Under the pieces are notes generated by a model, which was not told the origin of the DNA, did no database searches, and was given only the letters and a program-made list of their open reading frames with translations. The translations under genes and the position numbers were made by a program. Below are positions 50,335 through 58,833 of a DNA stretch of 64,000 nt, piece by piece. The stretch covers positions 1,434-65,433 of the forward strand of contig JADHNB010000001.1 of assembly GCA_016779705.1 (NCBI GenBank), read 5' to 3'. Numbering within the stretch: position 1 is the stretch's first letter; each line of letters begins with the position of its first letter. Source of the DNA: Poseidonia sp. GTDB lineage: Archaea; Thermoplasmatota; Poseidoniia; Poseidoniales; Poseidoniaceae.

Positions 50335-51333
50335 TCATCCAAGGGCGACCATTCGGCGACAGCATTCTTCAGCGTCAATGTCGCCGTTGAGCAAGGTGTT
50401 GAGGGCTTTCGTGAACGGAATGTTCAGGTTGGCGTCCTCGGCGCGTTCAACAAACATTCGCGTGGCTCGAACGCCTTCCGCCACCATGTGCATCTCGCCG
50501 AGCGCTTCGTCCAGGGTCAAACCCGTCCCGAGTTTCTCGCCCATCGTCCGGTTTCGGCCGTGCGGCGAGGTCGCCGTGACATACATGTCGCCCAAGCCAG
50601 CAGGGCCGAAGGCGACCTCAGCCCGAGCACCCAATTCCGCTAGCAACAAGCACCCTTCCTTGAATCCCGACATGAAAATGGCGGCTTTCAGATTGTCACC
50701 GCCCAAATCGCCGACCTGCTTGAGCCCATCAACCAAGCCGCAGGCCAAGGCGACGACGTTTTTGTACGCCCCCCAAAGTTCCGCCCCCACCGGGTCGCTG
50801 GCTGGATGCAGGATGAAACTCGGTGTGCTCAAGGTTTGTGCAAGTCGTTGAGCGATGGCCTGGTCTTCACTGGCGACCAAGGCGGTCGTCATCACGCCTC
50901 CAGCGGCTTCAGGAGCGATGGTGGGGCCGGTCAGCACGGCCAGGGGGTTCGTCTTCCCCTCTTCTTTGAGCCGAGTGTGGATGGCTTCGGAGATCAACCG
51001 CTTCCCAGGCGCAAGACCTTTGGCGAGGTCGAGGAGCACGTGCCGTGGTTGAAGGTGGGGAAGAACATCTTCCAAGACGTCCAAAATGACCGATGAAGGG
51101 ACGGCCAACACCACAATTTCGCTGCCTTCAATGGCTTCCTCCAGACGCATGGTCACGTCAAGTCCTGGGACGGGATGATGGGGGAGGTACTTTTCGTTGA
51201 CCTCGTTCATGGTGATGGTTTCGTACACTTCTTGCTCAATGGTCCAACCTTTGACCTTGTGGCCTTCCAACAACCACAATCGCGCAATGGCAGTCCCCCA
51301 ATTGCCCAAACCAAGAACTGCCACGTGTGCCAT
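50335..51333 (-). CDS. gpsA: NAD(P)H-dependent glycerol-3-phosphate dehydrogenase
   Basis: MAHVAVLGLGNWGTAIARLW (N-terminal Rossmann), GpsA-family core, 332 aa. TATAAA box about 33 nt upstream (51362-51371). Confidence 0.85.
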   Translation of the reverse strand: MAHVAVLGLGNWGTAIARLWLLEGHKVKGWTIEQEVYETITMNEVNEKYLPHHPVPGLDVTMRLEEAIEGSEIVVLAVPSSVILDVLEDVLPHLQPRHVLLDLAKGLAPGKRLISEAIHTRLKEEGKTNPLAVLTGPTIAPEAAGGVMTTALVASEDQAIAQRLAQTLSTPSFILHPASDPVGAELWGAYKNVVALACGLVDGLKQVGDLGGDNLKAAIFMSGFKEGCLLLAELGARAEVAFGPAGLGDMYVTATSPHGRNRTMGEKLGTGLTLDEALGEMHMVAEGVRATRMFVERAEDANLNIPFTKALNTLLNGDIDAEECCRRMVALG

Positions 51334-51427
51334 GTCAATCGTCGGTTTCGCCCCTTCGTTGGTTTATACCATTTCGGGAACAAATTCGGTGGTGAAGCCC
51401 GTTTGTGAACGGTTCAAGCGGCGCCAA

Positions 51428-52576
51428 TCAGAACAGGTCGTCGTCGTCGTCTTCGAAATCGAAGATGTCGTCGCCTTCGTTGGAAGCCGCTTCAGCCTGC
51501 TTGGGAGGCGTCTCCACCGTTTCTTCGGGGGCCGTCGCCTCGAGCGCCGCTTCCGGGACCTCGGGAACGACCTCTTCGGCGGCCCCTCGTTCTTGGGCGA
51601 TGGCGGTTTCTTTGGAGCGAAGCTCTTCTTCGCTTTTGCCGGTCTGCAGCGACAGCGCACGACGACGGTCTTCTCGGGCTTTTCGTTCGAGTTGCTTGTG
51701 GCGTGATTTCTCGATGTTTTGCATCATGTACATGGCATCGTGCTCCAAAAGGGGCGAATCCGAGATCAAGGTGATGTCCAGCCAGCCGCCATCTTCGACG
51801 ATAAATTCAGCCAACGGCTCAAAGTTGAGGTCGGATTTCTTGATTTGCGTGTAATGCATGGCGTTACCGGTGCGGTGTTCAACACCGGAGAAATGGCAGT
51901 AAAACTCCTTGGTACCGATGGATTCACGGACCGTATCGAAGAGTTCTCCATAGTCTTCAGAGGTTCGCATTTGGCCGTGGCCTCGAGCGTGGATGTGGGC
52001 AATGTTCAGGACAGGGACCGCCCCTTCAACGTGGTTGACGACTTCCAGAACTTCCTCAAGGCTGCCCCAGAGTTCCTGTCGACCTGAGGTCTCGACCCCG
52101 ATCTTGGAAGGCGTCCCGTTTTTGATCCAAGGGAACACCGGAAATTCATCTTCATCGTCGTGCCAGATGTCGTGAATTCGGTCAACGATTCCGCTGATGA
52201 CGTTGGCCACTTGCTCGTTGGCGGCTTGGCCACGCCCAAATCCGCCGTAGTGGCCGGTGTGGAGCGTGATGTGTCGGGCGTTGATGGTGCGCGCCGCTTG
52301 GAGGGTGGCTTCGATTTTCGCCAAGGAACGACCCCGTTCCACTCGATCACCGAGCAACTCCGAGTAATAGGGGCCGTGAATGTTCATCTCGAAATCGGTT
52401 TTGTTGGCCAAAACCCCCGCTTGCCAGTACTGTTCAAAGTGCTGAGGGGCCACCATGCGGACGGTCTGAACCTCCATTGTTTCCAAGCCGAGGGAGATGA
52501 TGTCGTCCATGCCTTCGACGATGGTTCGTCCTTTGCAGGACAACGGAACCCCCGCTGGACCGAGTTTCACCGACAT
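51428..52576 (-). CDS. TIM-barrel AP endonuclease family 2 protein (endonuclease IV-like) with Lys/Glu-rich and acidic C-terminal tail
   Basis: Order of blocks resembles Nfo: KLGPAGVP, HGPYYSELLG, ITLHTGHYGG, VGVETSGRQE, NIAHIHARGHG, FYCHFSGVEH. Tail ...EEVVPEVPEAALEATAPEETVETPP...DDIFDFEDDDDDLF. Confidence 0.5.
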   Translation of the reverse strand: MSVKLGPAGVPLSCKGRTIVEGMDDIISLGLETMEVQTVRMVAPQHFEQYWQAGVLANKTDFEMNIHGPYYSELLGDRVERGRSLAKIEATLQAARTINARHITLHTGHYGGFGRGQAANEQVANVISGIVDRIHDIWHDDEDEFPVFPWIKNGTPSKIGVETSGRQELWGSLEEVLEVVNHVEGAVPVLNIAHIHARGHGQMRTSEDYGELFDTVRESIGTKEFYCHFSGVEHRTGNAMHYTQIKKSDLNFEPLAEFIVEDGGWLDITLISDSPLLEHDAMYMMQNIEKSRHKQLERKAREDRRRALSLQTGKSEEELRSKETAIAQERGAAEEVVPEVPEAALEATAPEETVETPPKQAEAASNEGDDIFDFEDDDDDLF

Positions 52577-52719
52577 TCGTACCCCTCCCCCGAAACCTAC
52601 CCAAGGGGCATCACATGATAATCCCTTTCTGTTGGCTGTCCCCTTTAGACGGCCCTCGGGGTTGTTTTCGAGAATGAACGCATACGACTCTTCATGAAGG
52701 TGAGGCTTCAGGGTATTCC

Positions 52720-53448
52720 ATGGAGGCCCACGTGAAACGAGCGGTGGACGCGTTCAAGCAAGGGCTCCCCGTCTGCTTGTTTGATTCGGAAAAACGGGAA
52801 GGTGAAACCGACCTGTTGTTTCCTGCTTCCACGGCCTCGCCCGCTACCATGCGCCAACTTCGAAAGGACTGTGGCGGACTACTCTTTCTCGCCATCGGCG
52901 ACGAGGTGGGAGAGTGTTTCGGGTTGCCGTTTCTTCAAGACCTTCACACCACCGATGACGCCGTTGACCGCCATCCCGTCCTGCATCATTTGGTGACCAA
53001 TGACCTGCGTTACGACGCTCGTTCGGCCTTCACGTTGTCCCTGAATCATCGAGACACCTACACAGGAATCACCGACCACGACCGAGCCCTGACGACCCGA
53101 AGGTTTGCTGAGTTAGCCTCTGCTTGCTTAAGCGAAGGCGTGGCCGGCGAGCCGGCGATGAAACGGCTAGGTGAAGAGTTTCGAACCCCCGGCCACATTC
53201 CCGTGTGCCGCGAGGCCAAAGGCGGTCTTGCGGTCCGGCAAGGCCATACTGAACTGGCCGTGGGGCTGGCTCGCTTGGCCCAAACGACGCCCGTCGTGAT
53301 CGGTGCCGAAATGTTGCAGCCCGATGGCGACCACGCCTTGGCCGTCGCCGAGGCGCGTGCATGGGCTGCACAACGCAACATTCCGTTTTTGGAAGGTGCC
53401 GATGTGGTGGCCGCCCTGCAAGGCGAAGCGGCACCGTCATCCTCTTGA
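52720..53448 (+). CDS. ribB: 3,4-dihydroxy-2-butanone 4-phosphate synthase
   Basis: VCLFDSEKREGETDLLFPA and GHIPVCREAKGGLAVRQGHTELAVGL are collinear with E. coli RibB motifs ([42 protein letters not shown]). Confidence 0.85.
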   Translation: MEAHVKRAVDAFKQGLPVCLFDSEKREGETDLLFPASTASPATMRQLRKDCGGLLFLAIGDEVGECFGLPFLQDLHTTDDAVDRHPVLHHLVTNDLRYDARSAFTLSLNHRDTYTGITDHDRALTTRRFAELASACLSEGVAGEPAMKRLGEEFRTPGHIPVCREAKGGLAVRQGHTELAVGLARLAQTTPVVIGAEMLQPDGDHALAVAEARAWAAQRNIPFLEGADVVAALQGEAAPSSS

Positions 53449-53481
53449 AGCGACGCCCCAACCCCTCAAACAGGTGCTTGC

Positions 53482-53922
53482 ATGAAACGAATCATGGCGG
53501 TTGGCGTGTTTGACCTGCTGCACGCTGGGCACCTTCACTATCTCGAACAAGCCAAAGCTCTCGGCGAACACCTCACCGTTGTCGTGGCTCACGATGACAC
53601 GGTTCGCCAGCGGAAGCATGAACCCGTCACCAACCAAGACCTCCGACGACGCATGGTGGCGGGCCTCAAACCCGTTGACGAGGTGGTCATTGGAAACCCA
53701 CCTGACGTCCCGATTTTCGATATTCTCCCTGTTATTCAACCGGATGTGATCGCCTTGGGCTATGACCAAGAACATGCGGAAGAGAACATTCGACAGGCGC
53801 TCACCCAACGCGGTTTTGCTTCCATCGAGGTGGTTCGTGTTGAAGGCCTGAGCGACGATTTGGACGGAACTCGGAAAATTATTGCCCGTATTTTGGAACG
53901 GGCTGAAAAGCAGGGGGCGTGA
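53482..53922 (+). CDS. ribL: Cytidylyltransferase-fold FAD synthase (archaeal RibL-like)
   Basis: MAVGVFDLLHAGHLHYLEQAKALG (HxGH nucleotidyltransferase motif), 146 aa, embedded in the riboflavin operon. Confidence 0.7.
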   Translation: MKRIMAVGVFDLLHAGHLHYLEQAKALGEHLTVVVAHDDTVRQRKHEPVTNQDLRRRMVAGLKPVDEVVIGNPPDVPIFDILPVIQPDVIALGYDQEHAEENIRQALTQRGFASIEVVRVEGLSDDLDGTRKIIARILERAEKQGA

Positions 53923-54527
53923 AGGTGTTTACGGGCATTGTTCAAGGCACGGGACGGGTGCTTTCCGTGGTCACGACCCCGGCGGTGTGGACGTTCGGCA
54001 TTGAGCTGCCCGATGCAGAAGGATTGCTTCGAGGGGCGAGCGTGGCCGTCAACGGCGTGTGTTTGACGGCCACCACCATTAACGGCAACCAAGTCTCGTT
54101 TGACGTGATTCCCGAAACCCTCCAGCGCACCAATCTGGGTTCACTTGAGGTGGGTTCACCCGTTAACATCGAACGGTCGCTCAAGATGGGGGACGAATTG
54201 GGAGGCCATCTGCTCTCAGGGCACGTCATGGACGTGGGCGTGGTGACCCGTGCTGTGCCGGTTGGTGATGGGCGGGACCTGACGATCAAATGTCCTGAAA
54301 ACCTGCTCAAATACATTCACGAAAAGGGCTACATCGGCCTGAACGGGGCTTCGCTCACCGTCGGTCAATGCATCGGCGCCGAACTCAACGTGCATCTCAT
54401 TCCAGAAACCCTTCGCCTCACCACGTTTGAGGAGGTCGCGGTGGGCGACCAAGTGAACATTGAAATCGACGCCATGACCCAAACGGTGGTTGCCACCGTT
54501 GAGCGAATGATGAAACAGGAGAACTGA
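53919..54527 (+). CDS. ribE: Riboflavin synthase, bacterial/eukaryotic type (alpha chain)
   Basis: MFTGIVQGTGRV N-terminus and two lumazine-binding repeats (GASVAVNGVCLT / GASLTVGQCIGAELNVHLIPETL) collinear with E. coli riboflavin synthase. Confidence 0.85.
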   Translation: MKVFTGIVQGTGRVLSVVTTPAVWTFGIELPDAEGLLRGASVAVNGVCLTATTINGNQVSFDVIPETLQRTNLGSLEVGSPVNIERSLKMGDELGGHLLSGHVMDVGVVTRAVPVGDGRDLTIKCPENLLKYIHEKGYIGLNGASLTVGQCIGAELNVHLIPETLRLTTFEEVAVGDQVNIEIDAMTQTVVATVERMMKQEN

Positions 54528-54538
54528 GAGGGACCACC

Positions 54539-54928
54539 ATGGGCAAGCGGGTTGGCTTTGTTTGCGGTTCGTTTCACCGCGATGAAGTGGAACGCATGCT
54601 GGCCTTTGCCACGGAAGAAGCGGGGCTTCTTGAGTTGACCGTTGGCGAAGTCGTCTGGGTGCCAGGCTCGATGGAAGTGCCGCTGGCCTTGGACCGTATG
54701 TTGGCAACGCACGACGCAGCTGCCTGCTTGGGGATCATCGAAAAAGGTGAGACGCAGCATGGTTTAGCGATGGGCCAAGCGGTGATCAAGACCGTGTTGG
54801 ACCTTCAACTCAAACACGACAAACCCATCGGGCTCGGCATCATCGGCCCCGGTGCAGAACCCCACCACATCGAACCTCGACTTGAGCCCCACGCCCGTGC
54901 GGCCGTACGGGCGGTGCTTCACGGTTGA
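54539..54928 (+). CDS. ribH: 6,7-dimethyl-8-ribityllumazine synthase (short archaeal-like form)
   Basis: VGFVCGSFHRDEVERM, VPGSMEVPLA, GIIEKGETQHG, KPIGLGIIGPG match lumazine synthase core motifs; 129 aa. Confidence 0.8.
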   Translation: MGKRVGFVCGSFHRDEVERMLAFATEEAGLLELTVGEVVWVPGSMEVPLALDRMLATHDAAACLGIIEKGETQHGLAMGQAVIKTVLDLQLKHDKPIGLGIIGPGAEPHHIEPRLEPHARAAVRAVLHG

Positions 54929-55031
54929 AGACAAGCCGGTGGGCCGGTTCTGAATTCGCTATCTCGTACGGAAGGGTTGCTTGTCCGTCAGCATGGCTAT
55001 AAACACCCTTCAACCGCCGAGGCCGAAGGCC

Positions 55032-55604
55032 ATGATTGATGTTCAACCCCCTGGCGGCCTTTTGGAGGTCAAGGAATCAACCGAGACCACGCAAGAAGGG
55101 TTGAATCAAATCCTCCTCGGCCGCAACCTTGACCGTATCATCACCTACGTCCAGATGAAAATGAACACGGCGATTGCGGTGAACTCAGAACTGTCCGCCA
55201 TCCGAACCCAGGTCATCCAAATGGGCTGGTTTTTGACCGTCGCTTTGGTGTTGGGGACGGGCGGTTTGAATTCATTTTTTGATTGGAATCAAAGCGCCTT
55301 GGTCATCTCCATCAGCGTCACGCTCCTTGTGGGCGTGATCGCCGCCGACTCGATTCGAACCTTGACCCAATACACGGACCTCATCATGGAGGAGCACCGA
55401 GCGTTCGAAACGCTCTACAGCGTCATCATTTGGAACGGCTTTGCCGATCTGGCGGCCATCACCAGCGAAGTTGGACGCATTGAGTTGGAGACCCGGCAAA
55501 AAGTGGACGACATGAACCGAAAGCATCGCTTGTTGACGGGCACCATTCTCCATTCGATGATTCATTTTGAGCGCCAAGCCGTGGAATTGAACTTGAATCG
55601 CTGA
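55032..55604 (+). CDS. Hypothetical two-TM membrane protein
   Basis: Two adjacent hydrophobic helices (WFLTVALVLGTGGL; LVISISVTLLVGVIAA). No recognisable family. Start may be 54981. Confidence 0.35.
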   Translation: MIDVQPPGGLLEVKESTETTQEGLNQILLGRNLDRIITYVQMKMNTAIAVNSELSAIRTQVIQMGWFLTVALVLGTGGLNSFFDWNQSALVISISVTLLVGVIAADSIRTLTQYTDLIMEEHRAFETLYSVIIWNGFADLAAITSEVGRIELETRQKVDDMNRKHRLLTGTILHSMIHFERQAVELNLNR

Positions 55605-55630
55605 AGCGAAACAATTGGACGGTCCCGGCC

Positions 55631-56641
55631 TCAAGAGGAGGCTTGCAAGTTTGCCGAAGTTGAATCGCACGAGATGCGGACGCCCGCCTCGCGCAAGGTG
55701 GTGAGGACGTTGGATACCGTGTGCGTGTCAAGGTCTTCCGGTGGGTGCACACCACGTTCAAACAAGGGATTCGATGCCCATGCCTTGACGCAGGCGTAGG
55801 TCACCAAGCCGGTGGTTCTCGCCATGCTGGAGTCACCGTCCTTCCCGTGGTCTTCCACCGTCCACCGTGCATGGTGTTCGCCCGCTTCAACGGCGACCTC
55901 CATCCACGTGAACTCTTCAACATCGGGGTCAAATCGCCACGCTTCGACCAATTCCTCGGGCGAGGCCGTGCTGGCTTGATACCGCTGAATGTGGCCGGGC
56001 CAGCGCACGGTGTATTCGCCCATGTTGTTGACCGGCATGTCGATGAGCGAACGCAAACCGTCGGTCAGGAACGCCTCCATCGTGCGCCCGTTCGCTTGAA
56101 TGCGGTGCAAATCGCTCATGGCGGGCACCACCGTCGGTTGACTGTCCTTGACCACACGGGCAGGGCGCGTGTATTCGGCGATGACATCGTGAGGCGAAAA
56201 CGGTGCCATGTAGGACCATTCGCTATCGGGAAGGGACGGGTTTCCTCCGACTTTGATGGTCACGTTGTCCAAGCGGCCGAATTCACGGTGGGCCAACGCC
56301 ACGAGCATGTTCGACAATCCCGGGGCAACCCCTACGTCCCACAAAATCACGGCCGAACATCCTTCGAGGGCATCGGGGGTGGTCTCGGCGAACGACAGGT
56401 CAACGATTCGATAGGGGTGGGTGGCGAGGGAGGCGAGCAACTCGTGGCCAATGCTTCCAGGCACCATGTTCACGATGATGTCGGCGGAGGTGTGGTCGGC
56501 TTCGAAGGCGCTTTGGTGATGAAAATTGGCCGGTGTTTGGCGTGGGATCACGTCGTAGAGGTGAACCTCAAACCCCGCTTCAACCAATCTTCGGGTGACG
56601 AACGATCCCACCAATCCCCCGCCGAGGCAATGGATGCGCAT
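55631..56641 (-). CDS. Saccharopine dehydrogenase-like NAD(P)-binding oxidoreductase
   Basis: MRIHCLGGGLVGSFVTRRLVEAGFEVHLYDV Rossmann N-terminus; overall Sacchrp_dh_NADP-like organisation. Confidence 0.6.
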   Translation of the reverse strand: MRIHCLGGGLVGSFVTRRLVEAGFEVHLYDVIPRQTPANFHHQSAFEADHTSADIIVNMVPGSIGHELLASLATHPYRIVDLSFAETTPDALEGCSAVILWDVGVAPGLSNMLVALAHREFGRLDNVTIKVGGNPSLPDSEWSYMAPFSPHDVIAEYTRPARVVKDSQPTVVPAMSDLHRIQANGRTMEAFLTDGLRSLIDMPVNNMGEYTVRWPGHIQRYQASTASPEELVEAWRFDPDVEEFTWMEVAVEAGEHHARWTVEDHGKDGDSSMARTTGLVTYACVKAWASNPLFERGVHPPEDLDTHTVSNVLTTLREAGVRISCDSTSANLQASS

Positions 56642-56727
56642 GGGTTTCGCTGAGTAAACGAGGCCTCAAACCTTCCTCCATGAAATCGGTAGGGAGAACT
56701 TATGTTGGTTGGTCAGCATTGCGGTTC

Positions 56728-57072
56728 ATGAGCATCCTTGCGAACTACGAAACGGCCTTTCAATCCGGCGACACCGACCTCCTCAACGAACTCATCCACG
56801 ATGACTGCAAGTTTTACCCTCATGTGGGCGGTGCGGTGATGACCAAGAGCGACATCATGGGTTTCGCTGGTAGCGGTGCAGTTCGAACCGAAAGCCATCG
56901 AATCTTGTACGAGAACGACGAGGTTGGCGTGGACCATTCCATCGCTCACTTTGCCAACGGTTCAACTTCAGAGGCCGTTCTCGTGTTCTATCGATTCAAG
57001 GACGGGCAAATCATCCATGTTGAAACCGGGGCCACGCCGCTCAGCGATGATTACATGCTGGTCGGTCAGTGA
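56728..57072 (+). CDS. NTF2-like/SnoaL-like small protein
   Basis: Cone-shaped alpha+beta fold pattern (ANYETAFQSGDTDLLNELIHDDCKFY...). Weak. Confidence 0.4.
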   Translation: MSILANYETAFQSGDTDLLNELIHDDCKFYPHVGGAVMTKSDIMGFAGSGAVRTESHRILYENDEVGVDHSIAHFANGSTSEAVLVFYRFKDGQIIHVETGATPLSDDYMLVGQ

Positions 57073-57084
57073 AGGGTTGAGCCA

Positions 57085-57780
57085 TCACAACAACGGGCCA
57101 ACCTGGACCCCAACAAGCAACACAAGCGTGGCGCAGACGGTGATGAGGATGTTGTCGTCGATGGGTCCGAATTCGTAGCGCTCAACAAAGGTCGCCACCG
57201 TGGCCGAGAGCAAGCCCCACACCGGAATGCTTGGGTCGCCGGCCTTCGCTGCGAACCAACCCATGGGGGCACTGACGATGAACATGAACACGTTCCCGAT
57301 GGGACTTTTGGACCGTTGCCGGACAACGGCGTTTCGCACAACGCCGGTGACGCCGTCCCCAAAGGCCATGAAGAGGGAGGGGACGATGGCCAACCAAGGG
57401 TCGCCCACCAACCACCATATGAGGGAAATGGACATCCACCACATCAACCCGAATTTGACATCGTTTTGGTTTTGTTCGGTTTGAAACCAGTGCATCACGA
57501 TACCGGCGCGATGGGAAGCGTACAGCAGGCTTGTCAGCAAGATGCCGCACACCATCGGGTACCATACATCGGTGAACAGGAAGGGAACGCTGAGTGAACC
57601 CACGCCGCCCGCAAACATGTGGACGATCTTACGGTTATAGTACACCGCCCGAATGTGCTCCATGCCCCTGTTCACCATCATGGCGTAGGGGATTTTGGTG
57701 GCGTAAAGCACCGCCATCACGTACACGCCCATGCCAAGCGCAGCCCCCAGTTGCGGGTCCATGGTGCCCACAACACCCAC
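57085..57780 (-). CDS. Integral membrane protein, possibly CTP-dependent polyprenol/dolichol kinase or DUF92 superfamily
   Basis: Six to seven hydrophobic helices. AFGDGVTGVVR resembles the cytidylyltransferase-like motif of Sec59/VTE5/DUF92 proteins. Tentative. Confidence 0.45.
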   Translation of the reverse strand: MGVVGTMDPQLGAALGMGVYVMAVLYATKIPYAMMVNRGMEHIRAVYYNRKIVHMFAGGVGSLSVPFLFTDVWYPMVCGILLTSLLYASHRAGIVMHWFQTEQNQNDVKFGLMWWMSISLIWWLVGDPWLAIVPSLFMAFGDGVTGVVRNAVVRQRSKSPIGNVFMFIVSAPMGWFAAKAGDPSIPVWGLLSATVATFVERYEFGPIDDNILITVCATLVLLVGVQVGPLL

Positions 57781-57791
57781 CGACTTCTATG

Positions 57792-57841
57792 GCTTTTGCA
57801 GCAAAAGCAGAGCGGGGGCGAATCTTCAAACACCCCCGCTC
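57792..57841. promoter_or_regulatory. Two inverted repeats in the divergent region upstream of trxB: a 17-bp palindrome GCTTTTGCAGCAAAAGC and GAGCGGGGG-N14-CCCCCGCTC.
   Basis: Read directly; both lie between divergent start codons (57780 minus, 57865 plus). Confidence 0.35.
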
Positions 57842-57864
57842 GTCACGAGCGAATGGGAAGCACC

Positions 57865-58794
57865 ATGTCCGAAGTTCGCAACGTCATCATCATCGGTTCA
57901 GGCCCTGCTGGATACACCGCTGGCCTCTACACCGGTCGTGCCATGCTCAATCCACTGATGTTTGCCGGCTACATGTCTGGAGGTCAGTTGATGCTGACCA
58001 GCGATATTGAGAATTTCCCAGGCTACCCTGAAGGCATCGGCGGGCCTGAGATGATGATGCAACTCCGTGAACAAGCCGAACGCTTCGGTTTGGAAGTTCA
58101 AGACCGGAACGTGGACGAGGTGGACCTCTCCCAACGGCCGTTCAAGGTGATGGTCGAAGGTGAAACCTTCCTGACCCACAGCATCATCGTGTGCACCGGG
58201 GCTGAATCCCTGTGGTTGAATGCGCCGGGTGAAGCGGAGCAAAAAGGCCGTGGGATCTCCACCTGCGCAACCTGCGATGGGGCCTTCTTCCGCAACGAGC
58301 ATGTCATGGTAATCGGCGGGGGCGACTCGGCCTGTGAAGAGGCGACGTTCCTCACCCGATTTGCCAGCAAGGTCACCCTCATTCACCGGCGGGATGTCTT
58401 CAAGGCCTCAACCATCATGTACGAGCGTGCAGCCAACCATCCGAAAATTGAGATTCGTACCTTCCGTCAGGTCAAGGAATGGCTCTCCAACGACCAAGGG
58501 TTGACGGGGGCCGTGCTCGAAAACATCGAGGACGGAACCACCGAGATCATTGAAGCGACCGGGGCGTTCATCGCCATCGGCCACACCCCCATCACCGATT
58601 TCCTCGGCGGGCAAGTGGAAACCGACGAGAACGGGTACCTCGTTCACAAGGAGCACACCATGACCTCGGTGCCAGGCGTCTTTGCCGCAGGCGATGTCGT
58701 TGACACGCGCTACAAACAAGCCATCACCGCCGCTGGCATGGGTTGTTCGGCGGCCATCGACGTTGAAAAGTGGCTGGAAAACAACGTCCATTGA
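57865..58794 (+). CDS. trxB: Thioredoxin-disulfide reductase
   Basis: VIIIGSGPAGYTAGLY (FAD), redox-active CATCDGAFF, VIGGGDSACEEA (NADPH), GVFAAGDV. Confidence 0.85.
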   Translation: MSEVRNVIIIGSGPAGYTAGLYTGRAMLNPLMFAGYMSGGQLMLTSDIENFPGYPEGIGGPEMMMQLREQAERFGLEVQDRNVDEVDLSQRPFKVMVEGETFLTHSIIVCTGAESLWLNAPGEAEQKGRGISTCATCDGAFFRNEHVMVIGGGDSACEEATFLTRFASKVTLIHRRDVFKASTIMYERAANHPKIEIRTFRQVKEWLSNDQGLTGAVLENIEDGTTEIIEATGAFIAIGHTPITDFLGGQVETDENGYLVHKEHTMTSVPGVFAAGDVVDTRYKQAITAAGMGCSAAIDVEKWLENNVH

Positions 58795-58833
58795 TGCCGT
58801 TCCCTTGATGATGGGGCGGTTCATCGGCCGACC

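Noticed and set aside
52577-52719. Possible FMN riboswitch upstream of ribB
   Set aside because: The 143-nt leader shows none of the conserved RFN-element blocks I could recall. FMN riboswitches are also essentially bacterial. Would need an Rfam scan to exclude fully.
55721-56653. 310-aa plus-strand ORF opposite the saccharopine dehydrogenase-like gene
   Set aside because: The minus-strand product has an unambiguous Rossmann N-terminus. The plus-strand product has no motifs.
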